A DNA stretch of 64,000 bases. Source: a virus. Its lineage: Duplodnaviria; Caudoviricetes. Of this stretch, positions 28,518 to 38,736 are shown in pieces. Positions within the stretch are counted from its first letter, which is position 1, and each line of letters opens with the position of its first letter. Position numbers and translations under genes: made by a program. The stretch covers positions 32,001 through 96,000 of IMG/VR virus record IMGVR_UViG_3300043754_000129. The stretch is one strand, 5' to 3'. The notes under the pieces were generated by a model. The model had not been told where the DNA came from. It was given only the letters and a program-made list of their open reading frames with translations, and made no database searches.

Positions 28518-28967
28518 TTATGCCGCGAGTCGAGTCGTGCGGAAGATCGAGGGTTGGTCAGCCCCACGAACTGGTAGTTCACCTCGGGCCAAGAACATCT
28601 GAATGTCCTTGCAGGCCTGGAAGACCTCGTTGACTTCGTAGCTGTAGCCGTCGATCTTGCTGAGGCCTTGCTCGAAGCTTTCGTGGGTCTTGAAGAGATC
28701 TACCGTTTCCTCAAAATCCGTCAGATAAACGCGGAAACGGTTTGCACCGGTTTCGCTAATCCATGCGTTCCGGCAGCCATAATGGCGACCGCTCACGTGG
28801 TTCTGGAGGCAGACCTTAATGCGAGTCACATTAGTGGTTGCTTCCTCATGGCGCGTGAGTTCCCCTACGCCTGGGAGTGGTTCCCCGTGTTTGAACATTA
28901 CGAACAGCAACTCTGCGATTGCTATGCCGATAGGAGTCGTACGGTTAAGCACTACTTGCTGGCTCAT
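28518..28967 (-). CDS. Hypothetical protein
   Basis: 149 aa followed by a hairpin terminator at 28461-28525. Confidence 0.65.
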   Translation of the reverse strand: MSQQVVLNRTTPIGIAIAELLFVMFKHGEPLPGVGELTRHEEATTNVTRIKVCLQNHVSGRHYGCRNAWISETGANRFRVYLTDFEETVDLFKTHESFEQGLSKIDGYSYEVNEVFQACKDIQMFLARGELPVRGADQPSIFRTTRLAA

Positions 28968-29125
28968 TTGAATCTTCCTTCTTTGAGTTAAGTTTAAGAG
29001 TCTTAAGAGGTGTTCACCTTCTGTTCCTAATTGATTTTTTTGACAACGAGTAATACTTATTACTCGGACTTGGTCCTTAGCCCGTTACAGCGCAGGGGAC
29101 GACCAGTCCCCTGTCCTGCTCCCTA

Positions 29126-30751
29126 CTACAACAGCGGATGGTACGGCGTCACTAACAGGTGCAGTGCAACACCGTCCAGGAGTTTTATTTTGTTCTCGTG
29201 ATAGTTCAGATGCTTTTCATTATCCGAATTCACGAGGTAGACGAACTCCGGCGTCTTACCCGAGCGCAGCTTACGAAGACGGCCCATGGCTTGCAGGTTC
29301 GCTGCTTCGCTGTCGATTGCGGTCGTCATGATCACTGCGATCAGATTCTTGATGTCATGCCCCGTACCCCCAGCCCCGATGGTGGTCACGCAGATATCGG
29401 ATTCGAAGAGGTTAGCCTTCGGGTCTCCGTCACTGGGCGCATAACGCCGGATATCCAAATCCGGATAGAGCACTTGCAGATACTTGGCAATTGCCGTACA
29501 CATGTCGATCGACGCTGCGAAAACCACAGCGCACTCTTCAGCATCCGTTTTCTTCTGGAAGTACTTGGCCTGAAGATAGATGTTAATCATCGTCAGGTAG
29601 TTCTTCAAGACTTGCGGCTGCTTCAGGATCGACTCTTCAAAGACGTTGTGCGAGTACTCGGTGCGGCCGCGCTCGGTGAACCGGATTTTGTCCGGGTAAT
29701 CGAAGCGGTAGGTGACGGCCGTGTAATTTACGTACTTGTCGTACGCCAAGCCCTTGAAGCGCCAATTCGACGGATATCCGATTTCGAACATCCGCATCAT
29801 GAACGGGTCCTTGGAGCGCAGGGTAGCACTCATGGACCAGATGTGTTGGCAGTGGGTGTACAAGTCGATCTTGAAGAAGTTGTGGAACTCGCGGTGGACT
29901 TCGTCAGTCACGCGCACGCCACAGCCGGATTGCCCCATGAACTCGTCCGGCATGAATGCATAGCCGATTTCCGAGATCCCGTAGTGAAGCTGTTCGTAAA
30001 CAGTCATCCAGCCACGGAAGATGGTGCTCGCGATAATGACAATCTTGCAATCCAGCAGACCCTCTTTACAGAGCTGCGTGAACGCCATCAAGTCCTTACC
30101 GGTACGGATGACCATGATGTCCATCCGATCAATGTCCAGCACTTCCACCAACTCATCGCACCACTTGACCACGTACTGCGGTAACACGGTAATAAAGGGA
30201 CGAACCCCCAGGCGTCCCAATGCGAACATTGAGATAATGCCCTTGCCTTTACCCGTCTGGACCCCGACGAGTTTAGTCGTCGGAGCGTCACCCTCCAGAA
30301 AGTAATTCACTGCGGAGATCTGCGCGTTCATGTCATCTTCGCGCAACTCCAAGCGCTCATCGGTCCCGAGTTTAAACTCTCGGGGAATGAGCTCCACCTC
30401 AACGGGTTCCGGAATGGGATCCTCGACCCATTGGGTGAAGTTCTCGCCAACGCGGGCGAATTCGATGTGCTTCTTGAACTCGGCGAGCACGTTCCGATGG
30501 AAGCGCATCTCGGTTCTATCCGCACACTTTGCTGCATATTCCTTCTCTACCTTCCGTTCGACACGGCCATACATCTTGCGCGGCATCCCCAGTTGCTGGA
30601 AGCGCGCCTTGAACCCAACCACCAGGTTCCGGGCCATAGCCGACGTTGGACGACAGACAAAGTGATGCGAGCGGATGTTCACAAAGAGCTCTGCCATACA
30701 GCACCAGTTAAAGAGTGGTGAAAGGAATGGGGAGGTGGACACACTCCCCAA
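29126..30751 (-). CDS. SF2 DNA helicase, UvsW/Rad25-like (phiKZ gp75 position)
   Basis: Walker A QTGKGK, DEVH box, SAT motif III, QAMGRLR motif VI. The true start may be ATG 30697. Confidence 0.88.
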   Translation of the reverse strand: MGSVSTSPFLSPLFNWCCMAELFVNIRSHHFVCRPTSAMARNLVVGFKARFQQLGMPRKMYGRVERKVEKEYAAKCADRTEMRFHRNVLAEFKKHIEFARVGENFTQWVEDPIPEPVEVELIPREFKLGTDERLELREDDMNAQISAVNYFLEGDAPTTKLVGVQTGKGKGIISMFALGRLGVRPFITVLPQYVVKWCDELVEVLDIDRMDIMVIRTGKDLMAFTQLCKEGLLDCKIVIIASTIFRGWMTVYEQLHYGISEIGYAFMPDEFMGQSGCGVRVTDEVHREFHNFFKIDLYTHCQHIWSMSATLRSKDPFMMRMFEIGYPSNWRFKGLAYDKYVNYTAVTYRFDYPDKIRFTERGRTEYSHNVFEESILKQPQVLKNYLTMINIYLQAKYFQKKTDAEECAVVFAASIDMCTAIAKYLQVLYPDLDIRRYAPSDGDPKANLFESDICVTTIGAGGTGHDIKNLIAVIMTTAIDSEAANLQAMGRLRKLRSGKTPEFVYLVNSDNEKHLNYHENKIKLLDGVALHLLVTPYHPLL

Positions 30752-30765
30752 ACCATAAACGGCTC

Positions 30766-32769
30766 TTATCCGTAAACCACCGCCGGTTGACTCAGCGCTT
30801 CATACGGCATGAGCACTGCATCGAACGGATGCGGCAGACGGTTCTTCTGGATATACGACACGGGATTCACGATGACATCCCGGTGGCCTTCGAAGGCCAT
30901 TGCTGCCGAGAGCGAGCGATGCAGCATCGACTGACTCATCACGCCAAAACCCGAGTTCGGCGACCAACCCTTCGGCAGGGCGTAGTCGCTGTCTTCTGCC
31001 GAGATGATCATCGCGCCAAAGAGCACGATGTCCAGGATCGGCATACCGACTTCGAGTTTCTGGTTGACCAGGTCGTACAGCTGAGCCAGGGCAACCGACG
31101 GCGTAAGGTTCTTGTCGCGGTTTTGCATTTCTTCAACCGACGACTCGAGCATGCCGGCGATTTCGCGCGAGTGCTCCGCCATGTTGTAATGCTTGAGCGG
31201 AAGCGCGAGGATCGGTTTGTTCCAATCCCAATTCGCCATGTCGATGACGTAGTTATCGTACTCGTCCGTCGTGTACCCGTTGATCCGGATGTACTCGAGG
31301 AACTCGTGCGTGAGGGAAGATACGCGACCTTTCCACTCCGTCACAACATCAGCACGGTCAATCATTTTTGCCTGATGGACTTGAATGCCCATCGAGTGGA
31401 TCGACGAGAAGCGGCTGATCGTCAGGTTCTCCACCGTGTCAACAGCCAGCACGTCCGAGATGCTCGGGATGTCCTTGGCTGCGAACACCACCTTGACAGA
31501 GACACCCTTTAGCTGGGTCGCCATCAAGTACGAGTTGTCGTCTGTACCCACCTTCAGATACATTCGATCCATCTCGTTGAGCACCAGCGCCTCGATACTG
31601 GCCGAGCTATCCAAGTGCTTAGTCGACAGCACCGACTGCGAGGATTTCTCGGTGAGCACCATACAACAGAGGTGGCCGATGTTGGTGAAGTCCGGCACCG
31701 AATGCGAGAGCGCGCCGAAGCACGTCGAGCACACGCCGATCGGATCCGGATGGTTGCAGTGCATCACCGAACGGATGGGAACGATCTTGTTGACCAGGTA
31801 CGTTTCATCGCCCTTGATCGCACGCAGCTTGTTCGCACCTTCGTCCAGGTAATACTTGCCAGCCAGACGCTTCAGATCCTTCTTGCTCATCTTCCACGGG
31901 ATGTACTTCTGAGTCCCGCAGTCGCCGCGATGCAAGTGCTGGATGTTCATCGACATCAGCTGAAGTCGGCGCGAGAAGTACTCAGTGCCCTTCAACGGCG
32001 CCTGAGCGTTCAGCAGCGACTTAGCCGACGATCGCGATTCCACACCCGAATCGTAGATCGAGCGATAGCCTTCAGTGAAGGAGCGCAGGATCGGCAGATG
32101 GAAGTTCACGGAGTCGACGTCGGTAACCCGGCCGCGCGGACCCACGCATTGCAGCAGCTGATCGTGCTTGATCGTACCAGCACGCGACGCACGCGCGAGC
32201 AGGCTGTGATCGAGCGACGTATCGTTCTTGATGACGTTGGTCATCGCGTTGTACGTGTCGCGCAGGTCGTCGTCGGTGACTCGGTCGAGCGGCTTTTCGT
32301 AGAGCGGCTTTCGGGCCGCAATGATGCCGGGGTGATCGAGCATTTCGATGAAGTGCGTGATATCCAGAGACACCACGTATTCTTCCAGGCGATACGTGAG
32401 ATCGTTGTACATCAGGTTGGTGATCTCATAGACGCGACGCGCCAGATGATCGAGTGTCGTCGACGGCGTACAGAACTCCGGATTGACGTACTCGTCATGC
32501 ACGCTCCACACAACCTGAGCGAGGAGGTTCAGGTGAGTGTTGGAGCCGAGCGGCTTGCCATTGAGCACGCTCGCGACGTGGTGTTGCTTCTCGATCCGCT
32601 TGAGGGGAAATTCACGGATCAAGTCCCACGCATAGGACGAATAGATAACCTCTCGGTGATTGGTCTGGATTTCACCATCATCCAAGACCAAGATGAAGTC
32701 TCCGTGGAGTGAACCCCACAGATCCTCCGTCGACATCCCGAGCAGGGTGTGGACGCTAAAGCGACGCAT
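30766..32769 (-). CDS. Non-virion RNA polymerase beta' C-terminal subunit (phiKZ gp74-like)
   Basis: QCVGPRG, SRRLQ...GDCGT, Zn site RSVMHC...VCSTCFG, and EKSSQSVLSTKH. Confidence 0.82.
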   Translation of the reverse strand: MRRFSVHTLLGMSTEDLWGSLHGDFILVLDDGEIQTNHREVIYSSYAWDLIREFPLKRIEKQHHVASVLNGKPLGSNTHLNLLAQVVWSVHDEYVNPEFCTPSTTLDHLARRVYEITNLMYNDLTYRLEEYVVSLDITHFIEMLDHPGIIAARKPLYEKPLDRVTDDDLRDTYNAMTNVIKNDTSLDHSLLARASRAGTIKHDQLLQCVGPRGRVTDVDSVNFHLPILRSFTEGYRSIYDSGVESRSSAKSLLNAQAPLKGTEYFSRRLQLMSMNIQHLHRGDCGTQKYIPWKMSKKDLKRLAGKYYLDEGANKLRAIKGDETYLVNKIVPIRSVMHCNHPDPIGVCSTCFGALSHSVPDFTNIGHLCCMVLTEKSSQSVLSTKHLDSSASIEALVLNEMDRMYLKVGTDDNSYLMATQLKGVSVKVVFAAKDIPSISDVLAVDTVENLTISRFSSIHSMGIQVHQAKMIDRADVVTEWKGRVSSLTHEFLEYIRINGYTTDEYDNYVIDMANWDWNKPILALPLKHYNMAEHSREIAGMLESSVEEMQNRDKNLTPSVALAQLYDLVNQKLEVGMPILDIVLFGAMIISAEDSDYALPKGWSPNSGFGVMSQSMLHRSLSAAMAFEGHRDVIVNPVSYIQKNRLPHPFDAVLMPYEALSQPAVVYG

Positions 32770-32817
32770 GTTTCGTTTCCTTGGTTATCAGGGGTGGATT
32801 GCTCCACCCCCATTTCG

Positions 32818-35082
32818 TTAGTGCTGGGTCATCGATGCGTGATACTCGGCCTTTTGCGGCAGCGCGTCCTCCACGCGCGGCGGTACGTAGGGCTCGTACA
32901 CGAACTCAACGCCGGCGCACGCCAGGATGTGTTTCACATGCTGCAACGGTCGGGCACCGCCCAAGGGGATCTTCTCACGGTCGACCGCATTGTAGATGAC
33001 GGTCGGGTAATCGGATTCCAAGATGGCGTTGACAACGGCGCGGTGAGTCTCCGGATTGTTGTTGCGGTCCAGAATCTCGGCCGTGAGCCGTGCACCCGTA
33101 TACGCTGCCGTGATCCGGATTTCTGCTTCGCCGAACGCACGGATCGGCTGGCTGCGGTACGGCAACGCGTGCTTGTCCTGATTGCCCACTTGCGCGAGCA
33201 CGCCATAGTGCTGCGTGCGGCCCGAGGACACGGCGGACCAATCGTCGGCGGTCTTCTCCAGCAGGATCATGTACGTGCTGCCAATGCGCACCGGCACCTT
33301 GGTCGTAACACGACGACCCGAGTTGCCCACGTACGTGACCGGTCCATAGCAGCTCGAGAACTCGGCTTCCAGCATGCGCACGATGTCCGAGGTTTCCCGC
33401 GGGCAGTCAGTGGGCTTCCAGATATAGATGCCGTCCTTCACGACCTCTGCCATGTGTTCCGCTGGCATCTTCTTGTACGAGCCACCCACAAAGAGCGCAT
33501 GCATCTTCGGCGAGACGATCTCGTAATAGCGCATGAGGTGCTTCCATGCCTGATCGAAGAGTGGCCGGTTCTGCTGTTCGATCTTCTGGATCGCGGGCAG
33601 CGCGTGGCGATCTCCCTCCTGAAGACCGAACCATTGGCGAATCTGCTTGCTCGTGTCGCGGGAGAACGCGTTGATGTACGGCTCGTAATACGTGGATGGA
33701 TTCATCCGGTTGACAACGGACGAGGGATCCATCACGATGTCGGCGATGTTACCATCTGCGTCGCGCGGCATGTGCTCGTGGGGCAGGACGTGACAGATAA
33801 CGCCCTTATTGCCTGACGAGCCGGTGAGCTTAAAGCCGATGGTCGGCGTCACCGTGTATTCGATCACGAACTCGATGCGCCAATCATCGAGGGCCGATTT
33901 GCGATACAGCTTGAAGACGCGCTCTTTGGTCTCCTGCACGACGCCGAGTGCTTCATACACCAGCCGATGGAATTCCGGCGTGATCTTCAGCGACTCTTTG
34001 CGCTCGCGCTCGAGGCGACGCCATTCGTGAACGATTTCGCCGTAGAAGATCCGGCGGGCCTGGTCGTAGCGCAGCGATTGCGCATCCATGCCCAGCGGCG
34101 TGGGCGGGTTGTTCGCTTGCGTGTCGTGATGCACGCGGATGTCAACGACGCGGCCACCTTCGCCGTCGGCGTAGATCAGCTTGTCGAAGACGTGGTCGAT
34201 TTCCATCAGGTCATAGACCGATTGAGTCACGATCGCGAGTTCGCGGTCATAGCTCTGGTCCGTCTTTTCGTACGGGCGCAGTCCCATGAGGGCACCGTCC
34301 GGGCGCACGTAATCGCCGATGTCCGGATAGGCCTTGAAGGTGTGCTCGTCGCCGTAGAGGTTCAGCGGGAAACTCTTACTGCCGAACTCGACGAAGCGAC
34401 TTTCGTACTTCTTGAAGCTGATGTCCTTGAGGACCTTATCGCTGATGAGAATCCCGTCCTCAGAGGTGGCGGGGTGACTCATGTACGCGATGTTCATTTC
34501 ACGGCCGTACCGATAATTGCCGTCCGGGTCCACCGATGGGGAATTCGTGAGGACCGTGCCTGCTTTAATCGGCATGCCTTGTCGCAACATGCCGAGCTCC
34601 GGCGACATCTTGTTGCGGAATCCGAAGTAAGGGTGGTTCGTGGTCCACTGCTTCACCGAGACACAGCCGACTTCCTTGGTGACGTTGTGCTCGTAGATGA
34701 TCACGGTCTCGGGATTGTCCTGCTGTTGCTTCAGCACGGAATCCTGACCATACGTTTCCTTGTACCGCGGGATCACCTTAATGATCTCACAGTCCACGGG
34801 AATCTTCGTCGAGAAGGTATACTTCCCGAATTCACGCTCGGCGCCCGACTGCAAGCGCTTCACGTTGGAACCCAGAAGAACGAGACACTGACCGAGGTGG
34901 CTCGAGAACATCTGTTTCCGAGAGGACGAAATGTGCGCGTCCAACGGATTCATACAGCAGATGTTGAGCAACTCCATGTGCAGTTCGTTGGGCTCATCCC
35001 TCATCACGCCACGCTGTCCAGTTGCATGCTGCCAGACGGCGGACGAGATATGTTTCTCCGGGGTTGAGAACGTATCCGACAT
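32818..35082 (-). CDS. Non-virion RNA polymerase beta C-terminal subunit (phiKZ gp71-73-like), uninterrupted
   Basis: GFKLTGSSGNKGVI, DIVMDP...RMN, and RAFGEAE. ATG 35082 has an AAGGA RBS. Confidence 0.85.
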   Translation of the reverse strand: MSDTFSTPEKHISSAVWQHATGQRGVMRDEPNELHMELLNICCMNPLDAHISSSRKQMFSSHLGQCLVLLGSNVKRLQSGAEREFGKYTFSTKIPVDCEIIKVIPRYKETYGQDSVLKQQQDNPETVIIYEHNVTKEVGCVSVKQWTTNHPYFGFRNKMSPELGMLRQGMPIKAGTVLTNSPSVDPDGNYRYGREMNIAYMSHPATSEDGILISDKVLKDISFKKYESRFVEFGSKSFPLNLYGDEHTFKAYPDIGDYVRPDGALMGLRPYEKTDQSYDRELAIVTQSVYDLMEIDHVFDKLIYADGEGGRVVDIRVHHDTQANNPPTPLGMDAQSLRYDQARRIFYGEIVHEWRRLERERKESLKITPEFHRLVYEALGVVQETKERVFKLYRKSALDDWRIEFVIEYTVTPTIGFKLTGSSGNKGVICHVLPHEHMPRDADGNIADIVMDPSSVVNRMNPSTYYEPYINAFSRDTSKQIRQWFGLQEGDRHALPAIQKIEQQNRPLFDQAWKHLMRYYEIVSPKMHALFVGGSYKKMPAEHMAEVVKDGIYIWKPTDCPRETSDIVRMLEAEFSSCYGPVTYVGNSGRRVTTKVPVRIGSTYMILLEKTADDWSAVSSGRTQHYGVLAQVGNQDKHALPYRSQPIRAFGEAEIRITAAYTGARLTAEILDRNNNPETHRAVVNAILESDYPTVIYNAVDREKIPLGGARPLQHVKHILACAGVEFVYEPYVPPRVEDALPQKAEYHASMTQH

Positions 35083-35139
35083 GATCTGTTTCCTTGGTTG
35101 TACTTGATTGACCAACTTCGTTGTTACTACTACAGATTG

Positions 35140-35147
35140 ATGATATG
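35140..35147 (-). promoter_or_regulatory. Candidate early (vRNAP) promoter, CATATCAT
   Basis: Variant of the phiKZ early motif TATATTAC, about 60 nt upstream of the nvRNAP beta gene. Confidence 0.4.
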
Positions 35148-35174
35148 TAACTGAAATCCAATTAAGGAGAAGCA

Positions 35175-35540
35175 ATGGCGACTAGCACCACTGCGTCTGT
35201 GAACGGTCTGATGTTTAACGTGGGGCCATCGGACTATTACACAGATGCGTTCCGTCAGGTGTTAGAAGACCTGATGTACTACATGCGCAATACGCAAGGG
35301 CTGACCTCGACGTACAGCGTGACGCCTCAGAATGCCTGGGCGAATGATCAGGACCTCTACGGTTACCTGCAAAATGTCGTGGGCTTGGCTCCCCAGTATC
35401 ACTGGGTTACGATGCGTCTGAACAATCTGACGGATCCCACTCAGTTCGGTTCACACATCAAGAAACTGTTGGTTCCGAATCTCACGTGGCTCGAACAGCA
35501 ACGCTCCGCTTACGAAACCTCCTCAACGATCTCCAACTGA
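35175..35540 (+). CDS. Conserved small hypothetical protein
   Basis: 121 aa with AAGGAG RBS; followed by a terminator at 35553-35593. Confidence 0.7.
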   Translation: MATSTTASVNGLMFNVGPSDYYTDAFRQVLEDLMYYMRNTQGLTSTYSVTPQNAWANDQDLYGYLQNVVGLAPQYHWVTMRLNNLTDPTQFGSHIKKLLVPNLTWLEQQRSAYETSSTISN

Positions 35541-35599
35541 GGACAAAAAAAGAAAGGCTCTCCAGGCGTTATGCTTGGAGAGCCTTCTATGCCGGCAAC

Positions 35600-37150
35600 T
35601 CAGATCATGCGTTGCATGCCCATCGGCTGCATGCCCATCTGCGGCTGGTAGTAACCTTGCGGTTGCATTCCCATTTGCGGTTGGTAGTAGCCCTGCTGCT
35701 GCGGCATCGGTGCACCCATCGCACCCGGTGCATTCCAGTTCTGGAAGAAACGGCTGGTCTGCGGACCCTGCGGTTGAACCGGATACATGCCACCGACCGG
35801 ACCGCCCGTCGCGTATGCCATCGCCGGATTGTGCGCCATCACGCTAGCGAAATCCAGACCACGACCCGTGTTCACCATCGGCGGCGGCGCCATGTACTGC
35901 ATCTGTTGCTGTTGCGGCGGCACGAACGTCATGGCCGGGTTGTACGCCGGCTGTTGCTGTTGCGGCTGCTGATGGGTCACGGCTTGCCAGCCACGTTCCA
36001 TTTGCTGACGCACATTGCGTTCGTTTTCACGCTGGGCGAGGAAGCTGTCGAGCGGTTGACCCGTGGCGACTGCCGTCTTCGTTTCGTGCGTCGGGACGGC
36101 TGCTGCCGGGGCCGTTGTCACGACCGTCGGAGCGGCGCTGGGTTGTGCTGCCGGAACCACGACGGCGGCTTGCACGGGAGCGGCTTGCGTTTGCACGCCC
36201 GGACCCGTGTAGACTGCACCCACGCTTTGCACCGGCATTGCTTCGGGCTTGTTGCCTTCGTCGGTGGCGCCTTCGTTGCCGGCTTGCATCGGCACCATGC
36301 GGATCTCGTTCATCATCGAGCCGAGATTCATGAACGCCGACTGCCAGTCCACGTCGATCATCAGTTCGTTGGCATCTTCGTTGCGGCTGAAGACGTCTTC
36401 GAACGTTTCGGTCACCGAGTTCAGCGCGCTGACGATCGCGAGCACCGATTGCATAAGTGCGTCGACGTTCGCGGCGATGTCGGAGTCGGAACCACGGTTG
36501 TACGAGCCCACTTCCTGAATGTTCGGGAAGATGTACTCGAGCAGCGCGAGGATGGCTTCCTTGTCCTTCACGCGACACTTCACGCCGTAGATGTCGTGCT
36601 CAGCTTTCTTGAGCTCGTCATACAGCGGGAAATGCACGACGCCCACGCGCTTGTAGCGCTTGCCGGCGACCGAACCCGTCTTCTTCAGGAAGAGCGTGAT
36701 GATGCGCTTGACGATCTGGTCGTGCGGCATGGCGCCGATGACCTTCTCGAACGTCGCGATCGTCTTGTCGTCCACGTTCTTGACCTTGGTCAGGAATTCG
36801 GACTGATCGGGCGTCAGATGCTTGTGTTCCGCGACCGACGCCGAGAGCGTCAGCAGCTTGAGCATCTGCGTGGCAGCCACCTGATTCAGATGGATCATCA
36901 GCATCTTGCGATACTTCTCGAGGATCTCCGATTCCCCGCGCGTGACCTGCTCCATGAGCGGATGGAACACGACGATGTCGGACTTGTCGGGTCGTGCGAG
37001 AATCGCTTGACTCGGCAACGCCAGGCGCCGTCCACCTTTGAGCGTGATCGGCATCACGGTTTCAGCCAGCTGCCCCGAGACCAGATTGTCCTCGGTGACG
37101 ATCAGGCCCGCCGTGCGCATCATGCTCTTGTACAAATCCAGCAGTTTCAT
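35600..37150 (-). CDS. Conserved hypothetical protein (phiKZ gp70 position) with Q/P/M-rich disordered C-terminus
   Basis: 516 aa; tail contains GYYQPQMGMQP twice. Confidence 0.75.
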   Translation of the reverse strand: MKLLDLYKSMMRTAGLIVTEDNLVSGQLAETVMPITLKGGRRLALPSQAILARPDKSDIVVFHPLMEQVTRGESEILEKYRKMLMIHLNQVAATQMLKLLTLSASVAEHKHLTPDQSEFLTKVKNVDDKTIATFEKVIGAMPHDQIVKRIITLFLKKTGSVAGKRYKRVGVVHFPLYDELKKAEHDIYGVKCRVKDKEAILALLEYIFPNIQEVGSYNRGSDSDIAANVDALMQSVLAIVSALNSVTETFEDVFSRNEDANELMIDVDWQSAFMNLGSMMNEIRMVPMQAGNEGATDEGNKPEAMPVQSVGAVYTGPGVQTQAAPVQAAVVVPAAQPSAAPTVVTTAPAAAVPTHETKTAVATGQPLDSFLAQRENERNVRQQMERGWQAVTHQQPQQQQPAYNPAMTFVPPQQQQMQYMAPPPMVNTGRGLDFASVMAHNPAMAYATGGPVGGMYPVQPQGPQTSRFFQNWNAPGAMGAPMPQQQGYYQPQMGMQPQGYYQPQMGMQPMGMQRMI

Positions 37151-37199
37151 TGGTTATTCAAAAGGGGATTGCTCCCCTCTTGCCTTTTCTAATTGGTTA

Positions 37200-38735
37200 T
37201 TAGACGTTGCCGAAGAGGTTTTCCGGAACCGACGAGGTCGGGACACCACCTGCGCCGCTGTTGTAGCCAGCGCCCGAGTGATCCGCGATTTCATGGAAGA
37301 TCGCGCCGAAGTCATTCGACAACTGCGAGGCCAGATGCGCGTTCTGCGTGACGACCGGAACCATCAGTGCATCGGCGAACGACGGCGTGACGAACGGGAT
37401 CAGCGGGCCGCCGTTGAGGGAGATCTTGATCCAGGTCTCACCCAGCAGGTCGACTTGCATTTCCACGTAGAAGTCCATCTCGTTGTTGTACGAGATATCG
37501 AGCATGACCATCTGCTCGACGCGGCCGATGAAGTGGTCCATGTACAGCGACATGTCGAAGTCCGTGAAGCTGAGGACGTCGAGCACCTTCGTCGAGATAC
37601 GTGACTGCATGGCGTACGGAGCCAGGCCGTTTGCTGCATCGGCGAACACGCGACGGTTGGTGGAGATGAACGCCACCTTGGTCAAGCCGAAGTCGGTCAT
37701 GAGCGCCGGGATGGATTGGCTCAGCGTCGTCGCGACCTGAGTTTCCTTCTCGGAGCCGCCCCACGGAGAGGCGATACCCGAATTCACGTCGTACGCGGCT
37801 TGCGGGCCTTGCTGCTGCGTGATGCCTTGCATCGTGACGATGGTGCGCTCTTCTGCCGTCGGATCGAGCTTGAGCAGATCGGTCCACACGAAGAAGTTCG
37901 TCATGAAGCCATCGCGGAAGCCCGAGATCGCCTTGAAGAACGGATTGTTCTGGACCATGTTCTCCTGCACATAGCCCCGTGCGCCTTCGAGGATGTCCTC
38001 TTCGCGATGCACGCCGAAGTTGCGATCGAAGCTCGCGCGGCTGTAGCCGTCGAGCAGGTTCGCTGCGTAGTCCGTTGCGATGGCATTGGAGCGACGCGAG
38101 GCGATCGGCTTGCTGTCGAGCACCGTACGGATGTCGAGAACGTCGGCCACCGGCGTGATGTGATTCACCTTCATCGCTGCGTACACGTCTTCCGGACGCA
38201 TTTTGTACGACTGCACGTTACCGTAAGCGCCGGCGTAAGTCGGGTTCACGAGCACGTGCGAGTTGTCGATGATGTTGGTGTGCGTGCGCGGCCCAGTCGG
38301 AGTGTTCTCGATCTGGTTGCGAACGCTGATCACCGAGTTCACGTAGAACTCCATGCGCGGGTCGATAGCACCCGTCGCGGCGATCACGCCCGGATGGTTC
38401 GTGTAGCCGAGCACCATGACGTTGACGACGCCGCCCGAGAGCATGCGGCATTCGACTTCCATCATGAAGCGCAGACGGCGTTCGTTCCAACCCACACCGG
38501 CAATCGCCACTTGGGCTTCCGGTTGCGCAGTCGGTGCGATCACCTGGCTAGCGACACCCGCCAACTGAGGACCCGTGAAGCGCGTCGAACCTGCCAGCCG
38601 CTCGGAGAGCAAGTTCAGCGTCGAGCCTTGCAGCTGCGTCTGATACGGACGACTGAACTGCGTGTCGTAGCGACCCGTTTCGGCGAGCATGAGGCGTTTG
38701 ACAAATACACGACCGGTGGCTTGTGCGTTCAACAT
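37200..38735 (-). CDS. picA: Probable phage nucleus protein-import factor PicA/Imp1 (phiKZ gp69 position)
   Basis: Lies directly downstream of the gp68-like subunit, as phiKZ gp69 does. About 510 aa; AAGGAG RBS before ATG 38735. Assignment is mainly by synteny. Confidence 0.6.
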   Translation of the reverse strand: MLNAQATGRVFVKRLMLAETGRYDTQFSRPYQTQLQGSTLNLLSERLAGSTRFTGPQLAGVASQVIAPTAQPEAQVAIAGVGWNERRLRFMMEVECRMLSGGVVNVMVLGYTNHPGVIAATGAIDPRMEFYVNSVISVRNQIENTPTGPRTHTNIIDNSHVLVNPTYAGAYGNVQSYKMRPEDVYAAMKVNHITPVADVLDIRTVLDSKPIASRRSNAIATDYAANLLDGYSRASFDRNFGVHREEDILEGARGYVQENMVQNNPFFKAISGFRDGFMTNFFVWTDLLKLDPTAEERTIVTMQGITQQQGPQAAYDVNSGIASPWGGSEKETQVATTLSQSIPALMTDFGLTKVAFISTNRRVFADAANGLAPYAMQSRISTKVLDVLSFTDFDMSLYMDHFIGRVEQMVMLDISYNNEMDFYVEMQVDLLGETWIKISLNGGPLIPFVTPSFADALMVPVVTQNAHLASQLSNDFGAIFHEIADHSGAGYNSGAGGVPTSSVPENLFGNV

Positions 38736-38736
38736 T

